From positions 1 through 64,000 of IMG/VR virus record IMGVR_UViG_3300028585_000019: a DNA stretch of 64,000 bases. The stretch is one strand, 5' to 3'. The position numbers were made by a program, and so were the translations under genes. The notes under the pieces are model-generated. The model saw only the letters and a list, made by a program, of their open reading frames with translations, had not been told where the DNA came from and did no database searches. The stretch is from a virus. Shown in pieces: positions 20,421 to 29,911 of the stretch (position 1 is its first letter; each line of letters starts with the position of its first letter).

Positions 20421-22514
20421 CTTTAATCTCCACAATAAATCCCTCTTTTATATCAAGTTCAATGGCTTCTTCACAATAGACAAATTCCCAACCACCTTCA
20501 AGGATAGCGGTATTACCAGAAGTGCCTGAGAAAACTCTCACAGCAACTCCATGGTTCTTACAACGATCAATACCGTTCTGACAAAGACCTTCACAACGAA
20601 GATTATTCATATCATTTCCTCTCAGTCAAATATTTAATAAGCATTATAGGCCACAGCAAAGACAAGATTGTGATTAATGCCCAGACAATCCCTTTTGGCA
20701 CTACGTCTTTCTCTACACTCTCGTCTTCATCATAAGCGTTTAAGCAAAGAAATGCAACTACATATCCTATGATTAGGTAGAGAATTAGGATTATTGTGGT
20801 TGTCACTCGTCTTTCCTCAGAAATTTCTTGTCTTGGTGAAGAACATAATACTTCCCACTCACTTTGTCAAATCCAATTGCTGTCTCCACTTTTACACCAT
20901 TGTTATCTTGCCAATCAATATCTTCTCCAAAACTGATTAGCAAAGATTTCCCTTGAAGCTCTTTCCAGTTGAATTCATCATTCATTTCTATCATCTCCTA
21001 CAATCTCATTAATAATTTCTATCACTTCTCTGTCTTTTTCTGTTAAGACACCCTTAGAATATACTAATCTTTGAATGCATGCAAGGATCTTCTTTAAATC
21101 TTCGTCTGGGATGTTCATGAAAACAAGAATCCAATACTAGTTAGGAGCAATCCTAGAAAACACATAAATAGTCCAACACATGCTGGTACTAGGAAAGCCC
21201 ATAAGACAACATCAACCCAATCCCCACAGACATCCTTACTTTTCTTATAACCATAAATAATACCAACTACAAAAGCTATAAGTAAAACCAATACACAACC
21301 TTTCGCCACCATATTTTCTGTATGATTCATTGGTTCAGGATAAAGCTTTTGAACACAATAAGCATAGTCTTGCATCTGTGCTTGAGAAGCATATTGTGGT
21401 TCGTAGCTGTACAATACACCCTCACAACGTTGTTTCTCAATACGTTCATTTTGTGCAGCTTGAATAGCCACCATACTACTTACTACAGCACCAGTTGTTG
21501 CACTCATGTTATTTCTCCTTTGTTAAAACCACTCACAATCATCTGCAATTTCATATTCCAAAATATCCGGATGATATTCTTTCATATACTCTTTTAGTTC
21601 ATCTTCATTTGAGAGACACTCATAACAAGGAATATCCTGATACAAATTATCATCAAATATCTCTATGTAGTTGACAGAATCTGAGCAACATTCACAACCA
21701 AGAGTGAAGCTATTATAGACATATCGAATTTTAGTTGTCATTTATTTTCTTCCGTAAAAGCCTTGACCAGATCCAGCTTGCTGCTAATCTTTACAGGAAA
21801 TTTCTCAATTGCTATATCAGCCGCAGCGTAGCGGTTATCGGCAGATACACACCCATAATATTTACCATCAATATACACTTTATACAAGTTTTCCATTATT
21901 TCTCCTCCAATTTTTTAACAATATCTTCAATAGACGTTGAGTGAATATAAGATTGCATCAGCATGCTATACTCCTTCTCAGATAGTTGTCTACCTATTTT
22001 CTCTTTTACTCTTGAGATGTAGCCCATCCATGAAGACTGATCTGGTGTATGCGTCTTCATTCTAGGAAGACCTCTGTCAATCCGTCTTCAAATTCTTCTT
22101 CAGTTACACTCACCAAATCTTGCCATGCTCCAACAGACCAATAACCTCTATAGTCTCTTACAAGAACGTCGCCCTCTGGATCACATTCTTGTAGCTTTTC
22201 AATCAAATTTTTTACTTTCATGTTCAGGCTCGCCATAAAATATGATTTGCATTATAGATCCACACAGAAATGAATACACCACCACATCCCTGCTTATCTT
22301 TTACCATTGGGTCTCCAATACCGTAGGCAAACAACTCATCACCTTTATAAAACTCATACTCAGGTTCTTCACTCACATCGTCATAGATTTCTTTCAGATG
22401 AGTAATCCCGCACTTATTTTTCTTAAAGTCCCAATGAATGTGATTATACACAGTCTTCTCTTTGTTCAGAACAACGTCGGACATTTCCACTTCAAAGATT
22501 ACTTTCATACTCAA
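20413..22514 (-). other. array of small hypothetical CDS (20413-20610, 20612-20806 membrane, 20803-20994, 21115-21507 membrane, 21523-21741, 22224-22514 and shorter ORFs)
   Basis: coupled ORFs with RBS. Confidence 0.6.
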
Positions 22515-22659
22515 CCTCCTATTTTGCGTTGTATTACACGTTAGCTTCTAAAAATTAACCAGCTAATTGACTTCAGTCTTGAAAATACCCCAGGAATCAA
22601 TTTAAAGCCTCCTAGGAGCACTTCTAACGCACGATCAGTCAAAAGAAATATTCGCGGAT

Positions 22660-23355
22660 TCATTTTTCAGCCGTTGCTTGTAGCTCCTCTTTGATATCTT
22701 CAATGACCTTCCTCATCTGAGCTTCACTTTTGATAGGGTTGGTCTTACAGATACGGTAGGCATATTCTATCCTAGTCAAACCCAAAAGTTCAAGCACAGC
22801 TTCAAGATATTTATTAGGAATTTTATCCACCTTCCTCGCATGCTCATACACATAATCTAAACTTGTAAACGTTTTACCATTAATTTTAAAAGACATAACA
22901 CTCTCCGATTTTTCAACAATTGACCCATCAATCGTGACAGGCCAGTGAACCCAGTCCAATCTATCCTTATAACTCTTCGCCATATCGGGAATAGCTTCCA
23001 TCATACGCTTGTAGCGTCCTGTAAATTCCCCGTATTTAATGTCTTCCTTAGTCCACAATTCACCACGAGCAAGATAATACCCAGCCTGGGCTACTAGAAT
23101 CTTCTTCAAAGCATCAAATCGTTCGTAGATGTCCTTCTGTAAGCTCGCATCTAGCTTATTGTTACACCAAGAACAGCATGGCACCAATAACGGCGGATGC
23201 TTATCATACAAAGCCCTGTAATCATGAATCCTGCTCACTGGAGGTACGTGATCTTCCTCCATTGCAATTGATCCGCAGTAAAAGCAGGTATACGCCATAC
23301 CTTGCGGTACATCAATGCGTTTGTAAATAATATTCCTACCCTTTCTTTCTGACAT
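22660..23355 (-). CDS. HNH-type (CxxC..DH..CxxCN) nuclease-like protein
   Basis: CFYCG...EDHVPP...VPCCSWCNNK. Confidence 0.7.
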   Translation of the reverse strand: MSERKGRNIIYKRIDVPQGMAYTCFYCGSIAMEEDHVPPVSRIHDYRALYDKHPPLLVPCCSWCNNKLDASLQKDIYERFDALKKILVAQAGYYLARGELWTKEDIKYGEFTGRYKRMMEAIPDMAKSYKDRLDWVHWPVTIDGSIVEKSESVMSFKINGKTFTSLDYVYEHARKVDKIPNKYLEAVLELLGLTRIEYAYRICKTNPIKSEAQMRKVIEDIKEELQATAEK

Positions 23356-23439
23356 TTCATTTTCCCTCTATTAAGTTTTCATACAGTCACCTCCACTCAG
23401 AAGATCCTCCAGACAGACCCACTCTGCCTCTCAGATTCC

Positions 23440-23533
23440 ATAGTAGCAAGGTAGGTGCTAGAAAGCAAGCAGTAATTTGAAGAATTTTCTTTGATGATGG
23501 GCGTTGACAGGGGTGGTTGGTGTGTTCTACACT
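23440..23533. promoter_or_regulatory. divergent sigma70 promoters at the strand switch
   Basis: - strand TTGCTT-N17-TACTAT (about 23468-23440); + strand TTGACA-N18-TACACT (about 23504-23533). Confidence 0.6.
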
Positions 23534-23550
23534 TCTAAAGTGGTTGTGAG

Positions 23551-23913
23551 TAAGAGACAAGATGTCTTACAGAAATAGCACAGTAACGGGTAGGATGTCC
23601 GTTATACTAAGAGACAAATTGTCTTAATATTAAGACTGAATACAATAAGAATAAATAATTAATAAAAACGAGAAAAGGCTTTTGTCGTCGCTATCGCTCC
23701 TCTTCTATAGGCTGAGCACCACAGCGAAGCGTAAAAGATCAAAAGCAAAATCCTAGATTTGTGTTAATTATTATTTGATAGGTGCAAGATCTTAAGCCTT
23801 GCTTTGTGCCTAAGACTATAGTATTGTGTATTTGAAGCTCTTGATTCTATCATTTTCTTGGTGCAAGCCAAAGGCAATGAGAAAGAATTGAGTAACAGAC
23901 AAAATATCTCTTA
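23551..23913. repeat. imperfect palindromic repeats, putative iterons or operators
   Basis: TAAGAGACAAGATGTCTTA (23551), TAAGAGACAAATTGTCTTA (23608), inverted copy 23893-23913, related palindrome 23584-23604. Confidence 0.65.
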
Positions 23914-23922
23914 GGAGTGAAT

Positions 23923-24069
23923 ATGGAACTGAAAGTGCCTTTTGAAATCTTAGAGTGGTTGGATAAAAATAGAGGGGGTAAAAGTAGACAGGCTTACATT
24001 GTTAAATGTTTAGCGAAACTAAAAGAAATACAAGACTTTAGTCAGCCTGAGAAAGAAGATAAGGAGTAA
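23923..24069 (+). CDS. 48-aa ribbon-helix-helix (CopG-like) protein (not in ORF track)
   Basis: AGGAG RBS; MELKVPFEILEWLDKNRGGKSRQAYIVKCL. Confidence 0.6.
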   Translation: MELKVPFEILEWLDKNRGGKSRQAYIVKCLAKLKEIQDFSQPEKEDKE

Positions 24070-24109
24070 TTAAACTTTAACTGTAAACAACTTAAATACT
24101 GAGGTAGAA

Positions 24110-24634
24110 ATGAATTTAGAATCATACTGTAAAGTACCAAAAGATTTCTTAATGGCAAGCGGATTTATCAGCAAGACAGAACCACAACTTGTGGTGGAAC
24201 TGACACCAGCTGCGAAGCTGATTTATGTTTATATGCTTGACAAGAATAAATTCTTCTTGAATAATCTTAAGAGCGAACACTACGAAACACAGGCCACCAT
24301 TGCCAGATTCTGCTCACTTGAAGTCAAGACAGCAACACGACTTCTTGGTTTGTTTGTTCATCACGGAGCATTGAGAGCTGAGCTTCTGAGGAAGAAGAAC
24401 GTAAGTCCTCATCTTCAGTGGTATTACCGAGAAGTGGTGACAGACATTGAGCTAACGAACAAAGTAGGGGGTAAGCACGTCTCGGTCGAATCTGGTGTTA
24501 TATATGATAAGATTGCACCAAAGACCTTGCCTAAACGCAAAGGTGTTGCTAAGATTGTAAATGAGGGTATTCCTGAATACACAGAGGAAGACTTGATTGG
24601 TGTTGTTTTCACGGAGGATTATTATCATGTCTAA
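24110..24634 (+). CDS. winged-HTH DNA-binding / replication-initiator-like protein
   Basis: Y.KVPK, LTPAAKLIYVYM, TQATIA....EVKT..R.L pattern resembling RepA_N/HTH_36. Confidence 0.55.
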   Translation: MNLESYCKVPKDFLMASGFISKTEPQLVVELTPAAKLIYVYMLDKNKFFLNNLKSEHYETQATIARFCSLEVKTATRLLGLFVHHGALRAELLRKKNVSPHLQWYYREVVTDIELTNKVGGKHVSVESGVIYDKIAPKTLPKRKGVAKIVNEGIPEYTEEDLIGVVFTEDYYHV

Positions 24635-24678
24635 TAATGCTCTAAATAATATTGAGTTACTTTTTAGAGGAGAGTTGC

Positions 24679-25284
24679 GTGAGTACTAAAATTAATTTTG
24701 AAGAAATCAATAAACCTTTAAGCGATGAGTATCAGAAGGTTTATTATGTTTATCAAGCTTTCGTAGACGGAGAGTTGAAGTATATTGGCAAAGGTAAGGG
24801 AAAGCGACTCAACCACTGCGACAGCGGTAAAAGCTCTTGTTCTGAGTTGAATCGTGATTTTCATGCAGGGAAGGAAATTTCGGTTGTGAAATACCGGGAG
24901 GGACTTCTAGAGACTGAAGCTCACATTCTTGAATCACGGCTGATTCAAGAGAATATTGACAAAGGTGTTTATAACAAAAAGTTGGATTATGATTTGTCAT
25001 GTAAGCCTAATTTAGAAAGTATGAAAGACGTGAAGATTATTGCTGAAGATGTTGACAAGAAGGTTATTAAACACCTTTGTAAACTTTCACCGGAGATAAC
25101 AGACTACTCTTTTAAGAATTTTAGAAAACTTTTAGATGAATGTGGATTGACATTGTACTTAACAGAAGTTAGAGGCTCTACACCAATCTTAGTAATTGAC
25201 AAACCAAAGTTTTCGGACAATCATGTTCGCCACTTAGGTTGCTTCAATTGGCCCAACTGCGACGTTGATGGTTGTGATAAATGA
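24679..25284 (+). CDS. GIY-YIG (LEM-3-like) nuclease domain protein, paralog of 4052-4744
   Basis: YYVYQAFVDGELKYIGKGKGKRL..SG.SS..ELNRD. Confidence 0.7.
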   Translation: MSTKINFEEINKPLSDEYQKVYYVYQAFVDGELKYIGKGKGKRLNHCDSGKSSCSELNRDFHAGKEISVVKYREGLLETEAHILESRLIQENIDKGVYNKKLDYDLSCKPNLESMKDVKIIAEDVDKKVIKHLCKLSPEITDYSFKNFRKLLDECGLTLYLTEVRGSTPILVIDKPKFSDNHVRHLGCFNWPNCDVDGCDK

Positions 25285-25308
25285 CTAATAGTGCACAGGA
25301 GAAATAAT

Positions 25309-26433
25309 ATGAAAACAGTATTCGTAGTAATTGAGAAAAGATGGCAAGGAAAGCACATTTCTAAAATCTTTCAGTCTTACCATGATGCTTTGAGCTATCT
25401 TATATCTATCAGAGGGCCAGAGGAATTTTATGATTTCGATAGTGCTTATCAGTATTCTATTGAAGAGTGGGAGGTGCAATGAGAAAAATCAAATCTAAAG
25501 AACGCCAGGATGGAATGAAATATTGTTCCTTCTGTAAACCAGCTAAAGTAGACGCTATCTATCGAAACACCAAGCTTCGCTGTGATATGAAGGAAGAAAA
25601 GCTTCAGTTTGCTTGTGAAGCGCATAAAGATTTACTTGTAGATGGAACTGCCGTAGAGTTTGTTCGTTCAGAATACAAAGACAGTGGTCATATGACAGAA
25701 GCTGATTACCAAACGTGGTGGAGGGTTTAAAATGAACAAACTCGACAAATATCATCTTCATGAGTCCCTTGACCGTGCATTTATGATGGCAGAATTTATT
25801 GAAACAAGCCTTGTAAATCACCCTGTCTTTGATTCTGCTCCTGAACACATTCAAGAGAAAATAAAGGTTGCACAAGATTTACTTATGGATTATTATCAAT
25901 GGTGTGGTGAACAGCAGGATAAACTTTTGGAGGAATAAGATGTTTAAAAGAAAGAAGTATGAATACAGCGAATGGATGATAGGATTTCTTTGGGCTGAGA
26001 AGAAGCTACCACCTTATAAATCAGCAAATATGTTTGTTGAGCATACAGATGGTATGGAGGGTTATAATATTCTTTGGAGAAATAGGGAAACAGAGGAACC
26101 TTGGATGGCCGTTGACGGAGCTAATGTTAGTCTAGAGTTTGGTCAAGGTGTTATTGATTATCTTGAATATAGGAAGCTTCTGCAATGAGAGCTGATAAAA
26201 TATATGAAGTAATGTGCTATCATCCCGGAGAATCCTTTCGTTCTATTTGGGTATGTAAAAGTGAACAAACAGCCAATTTCCTCCGAGATTGGGAGGAAGC
26301 GAGTGAATACTCATTTTACCTGCAAATGAATGAGCTTTCAAAATCTCTTGACAGAGTAGAATGGAAATGGGAAACTTATGAAAAAGCACACGCTGGTAAA
26401 TACACAGTAGAGGAGAATTGGATTTATGAATGA
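25309..26433 (+). other. five hypothetical CDS (25309-25482, 25479-25730, 25732-25938, 25940-26188, 26185-26433)
   Basis: coupled ORFs with RBS. Confidence 0.6.
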
Positions 26434-26451
26434 AGAAAAAGGAGTCAAAGT

Positions 26452-27213
26452 ATGAAATATATGGGATCAAAAGCACGTCACGCAAAAGAGCTTCTTCCGA
26501 TTATTCTTAAAGACCACAAACCGGATATGTGGTATGTAGAACCTTTCGTTGGTGGCGCTAATATGCTTGATAAAGTACCCCCAGAAGTAGCTCCTAAACG
26601 TCTAGGTTGTGATGTACATGAATATCTTATTGCTATGTGGCAAGCTGTAAGTAAGGGTTGGTTGCCAGATAATCTTATTACCGAAGAAAAGTATTCAGAC
26701 ATTCGTGCAAATAAAGATCAGAATAAACCACTTACAGGTTACGTGGGGTTCGCAATGTCTTTCGGCGGCAAGTGGTTTGGTGGTTATCGTCGAGATATTG
26801 CAGGAACTAAAGAAGACATTAAACTTAAAGAGTTTAATGAAAATGAACAAAGTCGTAAGTCTTATGAAAGTTTAGTAAAACAGCAAAAGAACCTACTTGG
26901 TGTTCACTTCCAAAATAAATCTGTATTTAATATTGATTTTAGTCGTTGTGGTAAAGCTACAATTTATTGTGACCCGCCTTATTTAGGTACAACAAAATAT
27001 AAAGACGACTTTGATCATGAAAAGTTTTATGATTGGTGTTTAGATCGTCACAAAGAAGGACATAAGGTATTTATTTCAGAGTATTGGATGCCAGAGGATA
27101 TGTTTGAATGTGTGTGGTCAAAAGAGGTCAATAACTCTTTAACTAAAGATACTGGAAGCAAGAAAGGTGTTGAAAAACTTTTTATAGTAAAGGAGAAAAC
27201 AAAATATGACTAA
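26452..27213 (+). CDS. DNA adenine methyltransferase (D12/Dam-like)
   Basis: KYMGSK, YVEPFVGG, IYCDPPY, VFISEY, EKLF. Confidence 0.9.
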   Translation: MKYMGSKARHAKELLPIILKDHKPDMWYVEPFVGGANMLDKVPPEVAPKRLGCDVHEYLIAMWQAVSKGWLPDNLITEEKYSDIRANKDQNKPLTGYVGFAMSFGGKWFGGYRRDIAGTKEDIKLKEFNENEQSRKSYESLVKQQKNLLGVHFQNKSVFNIDFSRCGKATIYCDPPYLGTTKYKDDFDHEKFYDWCLDRHKEGHKVFISEYWMPEDMFECVWSKEVNNSLTKDTGSKKGVEKLFIVKEKTKYD

Positions 27214-27765
27214 TATGCTTTTCGGAGACAATCAAATGGAGAGCATCACAATTGGTGATGAAGTGATGTTCTTCTGTGTAGAAGACGATACATCGCTCTG
27301 GTCAGTTGGTGATGACGATATTGATGAAGAGAATCTTTCTGAGCTTGCTTTGTATAATCTTAAATAATTTGTTGACATAATTAATAAAAAGATATAAAGT
27401 GATTATATAAATAGAAATTAAGGAATAATATGAAGATTACAAAAATTAAGCTTGAAGAGGGTAACCGAATGATCCGTCTATGTCTTGTAGGGCAAAATGA
27501 AGGTCGTTGGTTTTCACGTATCGATCTGTGGTGGGTTGGTTATCGTTTTACAAAAGAATAAGGAATTATAATGAAAACTAAAGAAGATATTGAGATTGAA
27601 GAAATGATTCGTCTGATTGATATTGAGGCTGATATCTGGCTTTCTGAGAATGAATTGGAGTTTGAGGATATTGATAATCCAGTTCATCCGTTTCGTTTTG
27701 AATACGCTCATGAAGCCCTTACCAGCACTGGTACTACTCGCTTTAAGAAGTGGACTGCTGAATAA
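27206..27765 (+). other. three small CDS (27206-27367 acidic, 27430-27561 basic, 27571-27765 acidic)
   Basis: AAGGA(G) RBS before each. Confidence 0.6.
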
Positions 27766-27842
27766 GGAAAATAAGATGAATGACGAACATGATGATCTTT
27801 AAGCTATTGACAATAATAGAGAAACAATGTTAAAATGTACGC

Positions 27843-28010
27843 ATAAGGGAGAAGAAAAGATATGAGTATTCTCCCACGAATTCTAGAGCATTCTTCTCTG
27901 TTGATGTATTGATTAACTGCCCTCTCCTCAGTTAGTCAGGTGATGCAGAGAAGGAAGCCGCCCTTCCATGTGTTGTAGCGTAAGCTCCTGTGGAAAGGGT
28001 GTTTTATTTG
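27843..28010 (+). ncRNA. putative structured small RNA (about 165 nt)
   Basis: promoter TTGACA-N18-TAAAAT (27807-27836), several hairpins, terminal stem with T-tract, no substantial ORF. Confidence 0.45.
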
Positions 28011-28105
28011 TAGGATAATCTTTTTATTTCTAATTAAATGACTTGACAGCGTACTCTGGCGAGATTATTATTACCCCTATATTAACATAAATAAGGGGTT
28101 TAACT

Positions 28106-28666
28106 TTGAAAGTCGCAAAGAACAATAGAGACGAAAAGATTGCCGTTGTTGAAGGAATTGCTGAGGGTAAGATTCTTGAAGAGGATGAGCTGATCAGTCT
28201 AGTCTTTGATAAAATTAGCAATGATAAAAGGCTTAAAGGTAGTAAAGGAAATTCTCCTTTTGCTGTAGGTACAAAAGCTTATAAACAAGCTACTGTAGAC
28301 TCGTATGAAAGGGCACTTGCTTCTGTACTTCTATACTCTTTCAAGCACGGTAAAAGTTCTTCTATAGGCTATCTCTATTTTATAGAGAGTAATAGTCACA
28401 AGGGGTATGTTAAGATTGGTTATTCTCAGGACGTAGAGACAAGATTGAATTCTTATCAGATTTGTTCACCGCATAGGGATTTTAGGGTAGTTAAGTATTT
28501 AATTCTAAAGCACCCAGCGCAAGCAGAAAAGGTAGCTCTAAATTTACTTTCCAGCAAATCTGTTGGAGGTGAGTGGATTAAAACAGACGATGCAGAAGAC
28601 GACTTTAAAACTGTTTGTAAATTTTTAGCTTCTATTGGTATTAAAAATAGATTTGCTTTTACTTAA
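28106..28666 (+). CDS. GIY-YIG / T5orf172 (MUG113)-domain protein
   Basis: GYLYFI....GYVKIGYS.D...RL..YQ..SP, AE...L, GEW. Confidence 0.75.
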   Translation: MKVAKNNRDEKIAVVEGIAEGKILEEDELISLVFDKISNDKRLKGSKGNSPFAVGTKAYKQATVDSYERALASVLLYSFKHGKSSSIGYLYFIESNSHKGYVKIGYSQDVETRLNSYQICSPHRDFRVVKYLILKHPAQAEKVALNLLSSKSVGGEWIKTDDAEDDFKTVCKFLASIGIKNRFAFT

Positions 28667-28670
28667 AAGT

Positions 28671-28747
28671 GCTCCGTTAGCTCAACTGGATAGAGCAGTA
28701 GTCCTCTAAACTATAGGTTAGAAGTTCAAATCTTCTACGGAGTTCCA
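28671..28747 (+). tRNA. tRNA-Arg(UCU) with encoded CCA and atypical C33
   Basis: cloverleaf: acceptor GCTCCGT/ACGGAGT, D arm GCTC/GAGC with A20, anticodon arm GTAGT-CCTCTAA-ACTAT, T arm AGAAG-TTCAAAT-CTTCT, TCCA. Confidence 0.85.
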
Positions 28748-29135
28748 AACACCACTCAATCGGGACGCTGATTGTTTAATTCCCTTTAAGGGGCTTGAAG
28801 CTGACAGACGTGTTAGTAATTCCTCGTAGACGGGTGTTGAACGGGGCAATGAATTTTACAGCGTAAGACGATGTGGATACTGGTTGTGTACTAGACCACC
28901 CACCTTTGGACGGATAAATGAGTACACTATTTATCGGAAGCGGCCTTAGAGATTAAAGCTTTAAGGACATTGGACATGAAGCGATTTGATTCGTTAACTA
29001 ACAATACCGTGCGACTTCCCTGTAATATGAAACATATCAAGCGCCTTGGAAGCAGAGCTATCTGTACTCCATTGATATGTCATAACAATAAATGACAACC
29101 AAATATTTGCCCCACCTTGTGTGGGGCTTTTTCTT
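28748..29135 (+). ncRNA. putative large structured ncRNA (about 380 nt) directly downstream of the tRNA
   Basis: about ten helices, pseudoknot, 7-bp loop-loop complementarity, terminator GCCCCAC-CTTGT-GTGGGGC-TTTTT; no ORF of 60 aa or more. Confidence 0.65.
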
Positions 29136-29234
29136 GCCTACAATAATAGAAACTGCCTATTAAAGCTTGACAATACATAGATAATCATGTTAATATTCTT
29201 TTATGTCCCGGAACAATAAAGCAGGAATGAAAGA

Positions 29235-29690
29235 ATGAGTGATGAAGATAATGATGTAAGTGAACCTCTCTACACAGAGAGCGGTAGGAAGTTACCAAGT
29301 ACAGCTTGGCCTAAAGGTCATTGTCCTAATAAAAAAGGACGGCCAAAAGCTGGCACAGAGAAGGCTAATGCAAAGCCTCGCAGTAAGATGCGTAACACTC
29401 TTAGTAAGCTTTATGAGCTTGAGCAAGTGGCTGCTGATGTAATTAAAGAGCATCTTGAGAATAAAGACAAAACTGTCGATCTGGATAAGAGTCGTCTTGA
29501 TGTTGCTAAGTTTGTTATCAAGGCAATTGAGTCTTACAACAATACATGTCTTCGTGAAGAGATGGCTATCCTCGGTATTCGCGAGAAGAATGAAAAGAAT
29601 GCTGATACTCTAGAAGAAAATCAATCTTTGGAAGCAGAAGCTCCTAAGAACTTTAGCATGGACTTGGTAGAAACTTCCCTTAAACATTGA
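29235..29690 (+). CDS. putative terminase small subunit
   Basis: WPKGHCPNKKGRPK (DUF5681-like motif), upstream of TerL, promoter TTGACA at about 29167. Confidence 0.6.
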   Translation: MSDEDNDVSEPLYTESGRKLPSTAWPKGHCPNKKGRPKAGTEKANAKPRSKMRNTLSKLYELEQVAADVIKEHLENKDKTVDLDKSRLDVAKFVIKAIESYNNTCLREEMAILGIREKNEKNADTLEENQSLEAEAPKNFSMDLVETSLKH

Positions 29691-29698
29691 GGCAAGAT

Positions 29699-29911
29699 AT
29701 GCAATCAACAATTGAAAGACTTGAGTGGCAAATTGCACAATTAGAAAGCAGGGTAGCTCTTCTTGAGCTTGAGATTACAGCTTTGAAGCAAACTGAGATT
29801 AATATTGATCCTGTGATGGTAACAACCGAATTTAAATCTGCAACAGAGAAAACCCTTAAAGAGGCATTGAAGCCCGGTGGTATGCTTTGGAATGCAATTA
29901 ATAGTCGGTGA
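29699..29911 (+). CDS. coiled-coil hypothetical protein
   Basis: GAGG RBS; C-terminal ALKPGGMLW. Confidence 0.55.
   Translation: MQSTIERLEWQIAQLESRVALLELEITALKQTEINIDPVMVTTEFKSATEKTLKEALKPGGMLWNAINSR

Noticed and set aside
28671-28747. Amber suppressor tRNA and TAG recoding (CTCTAAA is present)
   Set aside because: A CUA-centred 7-nt loop breaks the anticodon stem, A20 supports Arg identity, and TAG terminates full-length genes (tape measure, gpM, gpK) normally.
28748-28860. HDV-like (theta) ribozyme after the tRNA, suggested by TCCTCGT
   Set aside because: The flanks of TCCTCGT cannot form P3, and the GG needed for P1.1 does not follow the P1-like strand.
28748-29135. tmRNA, RNase P RNA or group I/II intron
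   Set aside because: I could not find a tRNA-like 3' end with T-loop/CCA, a tag ORF, or the catalytic-core consensus by eye; an Rfam search is still needed.
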